From: the human T2T-CHM13v2.0 reference genome, Homo sapiens
Length of the DNA: 64,000 bases
Direction: 5' to 3' (one strand)
Assembly (NCBI RefSeq): GCF_009914755.1
Contig: NC_060933.1
Shown: positions 58,399-64,000 of the stretch, piece after piece
Layout of the letters: every line of letters begins with the position of its first letter
Position numbering within the stretch: position 1 is the first letter of the stretch
Notes under the pieces: model-generated
What the model saw: only the letters and a program-made list of their open reading frames with translations
What the model was told of the DNA's origin: nothing
The model's database searches: none
Program-made: the position numbers and the translations under genes

Positions 58399-59950
58399 AA
58401 TATTATCATCTTTGTAGCCCCCACTAAAAGCCCTCTCTTGAGTGTAACAATAACTTCTTCCTGACAATTTCATTTCTTCTCAGTTTTTATCTTGCCAATC
58501 CTGTCCTTCCTTCAATATTTTGTTTTGCCTCTACTACCTCCCACCCCTTCCCCATGAACATGATAATTATTCATAAAATACTCGACAGAAATTGCTAGCC
58601 CCATGTAATAGTCAAGCCAGTGTCAGTTTATCCAGTAGAATCTACATGTACCTGCTTTCTGTTGAATACTTTCACCAGGACTAAAAAATAGTTACCAAAT
58701 TAGCCATGTGCCAAAATCAGTGTTAGTTTTTCAAAAATGTGTAGTGTTTAATTTAGTGTTGTTAGGTGTTAATCAAAACAAGCTGTATGCGATGGACCTG
58801 ATTGGCATATAGATTATTAGGACAGTAGGAAATGAAAAAAAAATTCTAAAGGAATGTATTTTCTGATTGGAGTGTGGGCTTGTAACCATCGCCAAGGGTC
58901 CAGATAGAATTTCATCCCCTTCATAGATTTAAATAAATCTATTGTTTTATCAATAGATTTTGGGGAGTGGGGGTGGGCTTTGGTTTTAATTTGTTTTCAG
59001 GCACACTGCAGAGGTGACAAGCTGGGGCCCCTACTATTTGTTGCTAGCTAACTTTGTCAAATTTTTCTAGAATCAGCTATGAAAAAAGTCTTCCTTGTCC
59101 AAATAAGATTTATAATTTGCTTTCACAAAACTGCCAATACACTGTAGGAAAGAAAGAAGACAGACGAAAGAATTGAAAAGAGGTGGTGCAGGAAGGAATA
59201 ATCATAAGAGACATTTTTCTTTTTATTTTCTTGTGCTGTAGAAAGTGGAAAAAGCTTCTGTCATAAGTCCACTTTAGAGGTATATGCCAATTTATGAAAA
59301 GAAACAGGAAAACTAGTGTTTCATGGTTAAAGATGGAATCTATGACAGGAGTAAGAAGGGCCAGTGGGTTAATTCCATTGATAGATGGTACAGAGACTGC
59401 CTGGATGAGACCAGCTATCTTGAATGGGATGGAACACAGAACAGAAGAATATCGAACGCTATAGAAAGACATTCCCATAGCCTGTGGGAATGCAGCCCCA
59501 TGTCTTAGAGATGCCCAAGGTGTTAGGATTTTGCGATCCCCTGGGCCTGCCATCCCCAGCATCGCTGGCAGCCTCCAGCTCACTGCTCTGTTGCCTGCAG
59601 GCCTGAGCTCTGAGGTAGGAAGAGGCAGGTGCTCCAGGATCACAGCCCACTGGGAGGCAGGACAACCATCTTCCTTCAACATGAAGCAGGGTTTCCGGGG
59701 CCTCCTGCGCTTACCCTGAACTCAACACCCAATTCTGGATACTTGTGCTCTGCAATCCTGTACAGAAGGATCCAATTGTAACTGGAAAATGCAAAAGGGC
59801 AGAATTAAGGTTAACTCTGAATTTCCTGCTTCTCATGCAATTAAATTCCCCCCGTTGCCATTGAGTTAATGTAATTTCCCCCCATATAATTGAGCATAAA
59901 TTACCAGGCAAATATAGGATAAATTAGTATAGGCTACAAGGAGATAATGA

Positions 59951-60293
<343 letters not shown>

Positions 60294-60963
60294 CCTACAA
60301 GGACTTGGATTTTTAAGAATCAAAAATCCTATCCACAAGCCAGTGAGAAATTAATCTACAAAGTTATCTATTAAGATACTAAATTTATAAAATAATATAT
60401 TAGATTGTGATAAATGTCTAATTCAACTTTTTTGCAAAATAATTTTTAAGTAATAAAAATGATAACTAAGAACCTCACGCACAAATAATTCTTTGCATTC
60501 TAAATACTGCTCGTTTCCTTTGGTATTTTTCTCTGTATATCCACTGCAGGTGCAAGGAACGACTTCAGTTGTGAGGCATCAGTCAGTTTGGGGTTGTCCC
60601 CCCGCTCCCATTTTCTTTGCGTGGTCCATTTTTTTAAACATTAGTTTTATTACTGTTTGTATTGTTATTTCACGTCAAACAGCAATAAACAAGTAAAGTC
60701 TCAGAAGGAGAACAGACATTACAAGAAATAAATATTTCATTAATGCTTTTAATAGGGAGACTTTGTCTCCGGAAGAAATGGACTGTGACCACCCATGAAC
60801 ATGTAGAAATCAGACAGCCAGCTTCACTAGTGTAGTGGTAGCTGTATTTCTGTGTGATGATAGAAGAAGAACACCTTGTCATACAAATGGTTTGCAGATT
60901 TCTATCCCTCTGTAATTCTAGCTGTTCTGTAACGTGAAGATCTGTGCTACTGCTTCCATCTCA

Positions 60964-61810
60964 CAGTTAAATGGGTCTCATCAGAGTCCTGTGTGAAGTC
61001 TGTATCTGCAGACTTGGTTCTATTGGGAGGCCTCAGTCTGCAGTTAAATGGGTGTCATCAGAGTCCTGTGTGAAGTCTGTGTCTGCAGACTTGGTTCTAT
61101 TGGGAGGCTTCGGTCTGCAGTTCACTGGGTGTCATCAGAGTCCTGTGTAGAGTCTGTATTTGCAGACTTGGTTCTATTGGGAGGCTTCGGTCTGCAGTTC
61201 GCTGGGTGTCATCAGAGTCCTGTGTAGAGTCTGTATTTGCAGACTTGGTTCTATTGGGAGGCTTCGGTCTGCAGTTAACTGGGTGTCATCAGAGTCCTGT
61301 GTAGAGTCTGTATTTGCAGACTTGGTTCTATTGGGAGGCTTCGGTCTGCAGTTCACTGGGTGTCATCAGAGTCTTGTGTAGAGTCTGTATTTGCAGACTT
61401 GGTTCTATTGGGAGGCTTCAGTCTGCAGTTAACTGGGTGTCATCAGAGTCCTGTGTAGAGTCTGTATTTGCAGACTTGGTTCTATTGGGAGGCTTCGGTC
61501 TGCAGTTCACTGGGTGTCATCAGAGTCTTGTGCAGAGTCTGTATTTGCAGACTTGGTTCTATTGGGATGCTTCGGTCTGCAGTTCACTGGGTGTCATCAG
61601 AGTCCTGTGCAGAGTCTGTATTTGCAGACTTGGTTCTATTGGGAGGCTTCGGTCTGCAGTTCACTGGGTGTCATCAGAGTCCTGTGTAGAGTCTGTATTT
61701 GCAGACTTGGTTCTACTGGTAGGCTTCAGTCTGCAGTTAAATGGGTGTCATCAGAGTCTTGTGTGGAGTCTGTATTTGCAGACTTGGTTCTATTGGGAGG
61801 GCTTAGTCTG
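60964..61810. repeat. 77-bp minisatellite (VNTR), about 11 copies
   Basis: GCAGACTTGGTTCT recurs at 61008, 61085, 61162, 61239, 61316, 61393, 61470, 61547, 61624, 61701 and 61778 (period 77). Consensus gcagacttggttctattgggaggcttcggtctgcagttcactgggtgtcatcagagtcctgtgtagagtctgtattt. Confidence 0.97.
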
Positions 61811-62025
61811 GAGTGACTCTTGTCTGTCATGTTTGGGCAGACCCATTTTAAAAGATTATTTTCTATTTATTAAAATAAAAACTTCAAGTATAGATCTTAC
61901 TTGTTACTCATTATCATCAAGTTCCAAGAAAGTTAAATATTGTTCTTGTTTGTTTCATGTTCTGTATTTATCCAAAGTATACAAAGTATATCTTATTAAA
62001 TCTTCAGATGAGGAAAGGTTGACAC

Positions 62026-62163
62026 TAGGATTACACACTTAGCAAATAAAAATACAGAACAGAAAAATCAGTAAAATTCAAATTTCAGTTTAATAGCGAA
62101 TAATTTTTTAATGTAGTTATGCCCCCAATTTTACTGGGCATCTCTTCTTATTTGACAACCCTA
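62026..62163. mobile_element. MER53 (hAT MITE), internally deleted
   Basis: ttagcaaataaaaatacag...cgaataatttttt...gacaacccta. Confidence 0.75.
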
Positions 62164-63112
62164 GTTAAGAACAAATCAAGATTCCAGAATGAAATGGGCT
62201 GGAAAAGGGGGTCACAATATTCACAGTACAAATTAAATATAAACGAACATTCATATTCGAATTTTTTAGGTCTTTATGCTTTTGTGGTATGTTTTAAGAG
62301 TAAATAAGAGATATTTACTAAAACCTTTATTGATGAAATTATGTAATGTTTGGGACTTGGTTCTATATAACACAGGAAGAGGGAAAGTGGATAGGGCGGG
62401 ATGGGCTGTGCATTGATGGGTATGTGAAAGTTTTGTCTACTTTTGATTGTGCTTGAAATTTTCCATAGTAAAGGAAAATAAAATGTGCGTGTGTGTATGT
62501 GTGTGTAAGCCATGCCTTTAGGTTTAAAAAACTTATCATCTAAACATCTCAAATGTCCAGTGACCGAGGACTTGTACAAGGGCATGAGAAGAGGCTACAG
62601 ATGGAGGCAGGGGCTTGTGAGCCATGCTTGGAGTTGTGGACATCTTTGTTCCTTGATGGCATATTTATCATCTTGATATTTATCTTTACCATTTGGTAGA
62701 GCAACGCAAGAGAGTTGCAGTTAGTTCCTAGACTCTAGGAGTACAGGAATCTCTAGGGAAGGTTCAGGAATTGGAGGCGATGGGGGAGTAGAGAGGGATA
62801 ATGCTTTACTTGATGGCCAGCCTTTTGAAAATGGCTAAACACAAAACAAAATAGACTGTTGGATTAGGTCAGAATAATAAACATTCCACTTTTTAATGTG
62901 TTCTTGGTTTTTACAAAACAGATCTCTTTCAATGATTCGATTGAAACCCTGGGAAATTAATAAGTTGAGTCTATAGTCTTTTAAGTCAGCATAGGTCTAG
63001 CTTCTCAAGCAGGTGAGCTGTCAGTAGCTGGGAGCACTCAGCCTCTGGCATGGTTCCAGGCAGAGTTATTTATTGATGGACATCTTTAATGATTTGCTTT
63101 TTTTAATCCCAG

Positions 63113-63156
63113 GATTTCCTTCAAATGCTACTGGAGAACATTCCAGAAGAAAAAAG
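63113..63156 (+). CDS. AOPEP: AOPEP small coding exon (44 nt, phase 0 in / phase 2 out): DFLQMLLENIPEEK(R)
   Basis: Acceptor ttgcttttttttaatcccAG|GAT and donor AAG|GTaagg. Continues ILSQ|DF like the M1 'TxDF' motif. Confidence 0.92.
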
Positions 63157-63580
63157 GTAAGGACCAATTTAGGAATTTTGGAATTAAGAGCCCAGTTTTA
63201 ATGTTAAAAATGACATTGCCATTGGTTGGCTTGTCACAGCCTAGAAAGCTCAGTCTTTCTGTCTAATAGAGGCAAGGACCTAGTTCTGCCAGTGGGAGTA
63301 CAGGATCATCAGCCAACCTTTGGGATGAGCCCCAGTGGATATTGGGAGCCAGTGTGCACGACTGAAGATCCCCAAAGTCAGGAGCCCCAAAAGTGATATG
63401 GGAGGCAAGCCAAGCGCAATCTGTGGCCTTTGCTGCTGCGGAAAGAATGGAAGAGAGGAAGGTTAGAAAACTCAGGGTAGCTCTAGTTAATGTGGCTTAA
63501 TGCAAGGAAATACTGTTTAATTAAAAGAAAAAATGTAGTATAGTAGTAAGAGCTTGGGATGTAAAATCAGGCTCTCCTAG

Positions 63581-64000
<420 letters not shown>

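Noticed and set aside
60964-61810. CRISPR-like array (palindromic repeats at a regular period)
   Set aside because: The whole unit repeats, there are no unique spacers or cas genes, and this is a human intron.
61160-62042. Repetitive ORFs up to 242 aa (MQTWFYWEAS...)
   Set aside because: Artefact of the 77-bp VNTR: the period is not 3n, so one ORF cycles through all frames. Starts are TTG/GTG and there is no exon context.

Overview
Human genomic DNA (Alu-rich primate intron sequence) lying entirely inside the + strand gene AOPEP (C9orf3, aminopeptidase O, M1 zinc metallopeptidase family). Five GT-AG coding exons can be read and spliced in frame: 19341-19530 (HEIAH-x18-E zinc-binding motif), 23780-23886, 50532-50634 (FMQVHYLK, the M1 catalytic Tyr), 51263-51370 and 63113-63156. 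The rest is intron with many Alu, L1, L2, MIR, LTR and DNA-transposon remnants (several nested), an 11-copy 77-bp minisatellite and small tandem duplications. There are no prokaryotic-type systems, RNA genes or CRISPR arrays, and almost all ORF-track entries are non-coding noise. The most interesting pattern is that several RNA-processing routes would separate the two halves of the active site. These are: a phase-symmetric 297-nt two-exon cassette that carries the zinc motif and would be a stop-free circle if back-spliced; a UG-repeat acceptor with almost no pyrimidine tract; alternative terminal exons and a poly(A) site before the Tyr exon; a CpG-retaining candidate internal promoter; and candidate poison exons. 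Repeat family names come from recognising consensus sequences by eye and their boundaries are approximate. Items recalled from memory are flagged as such.
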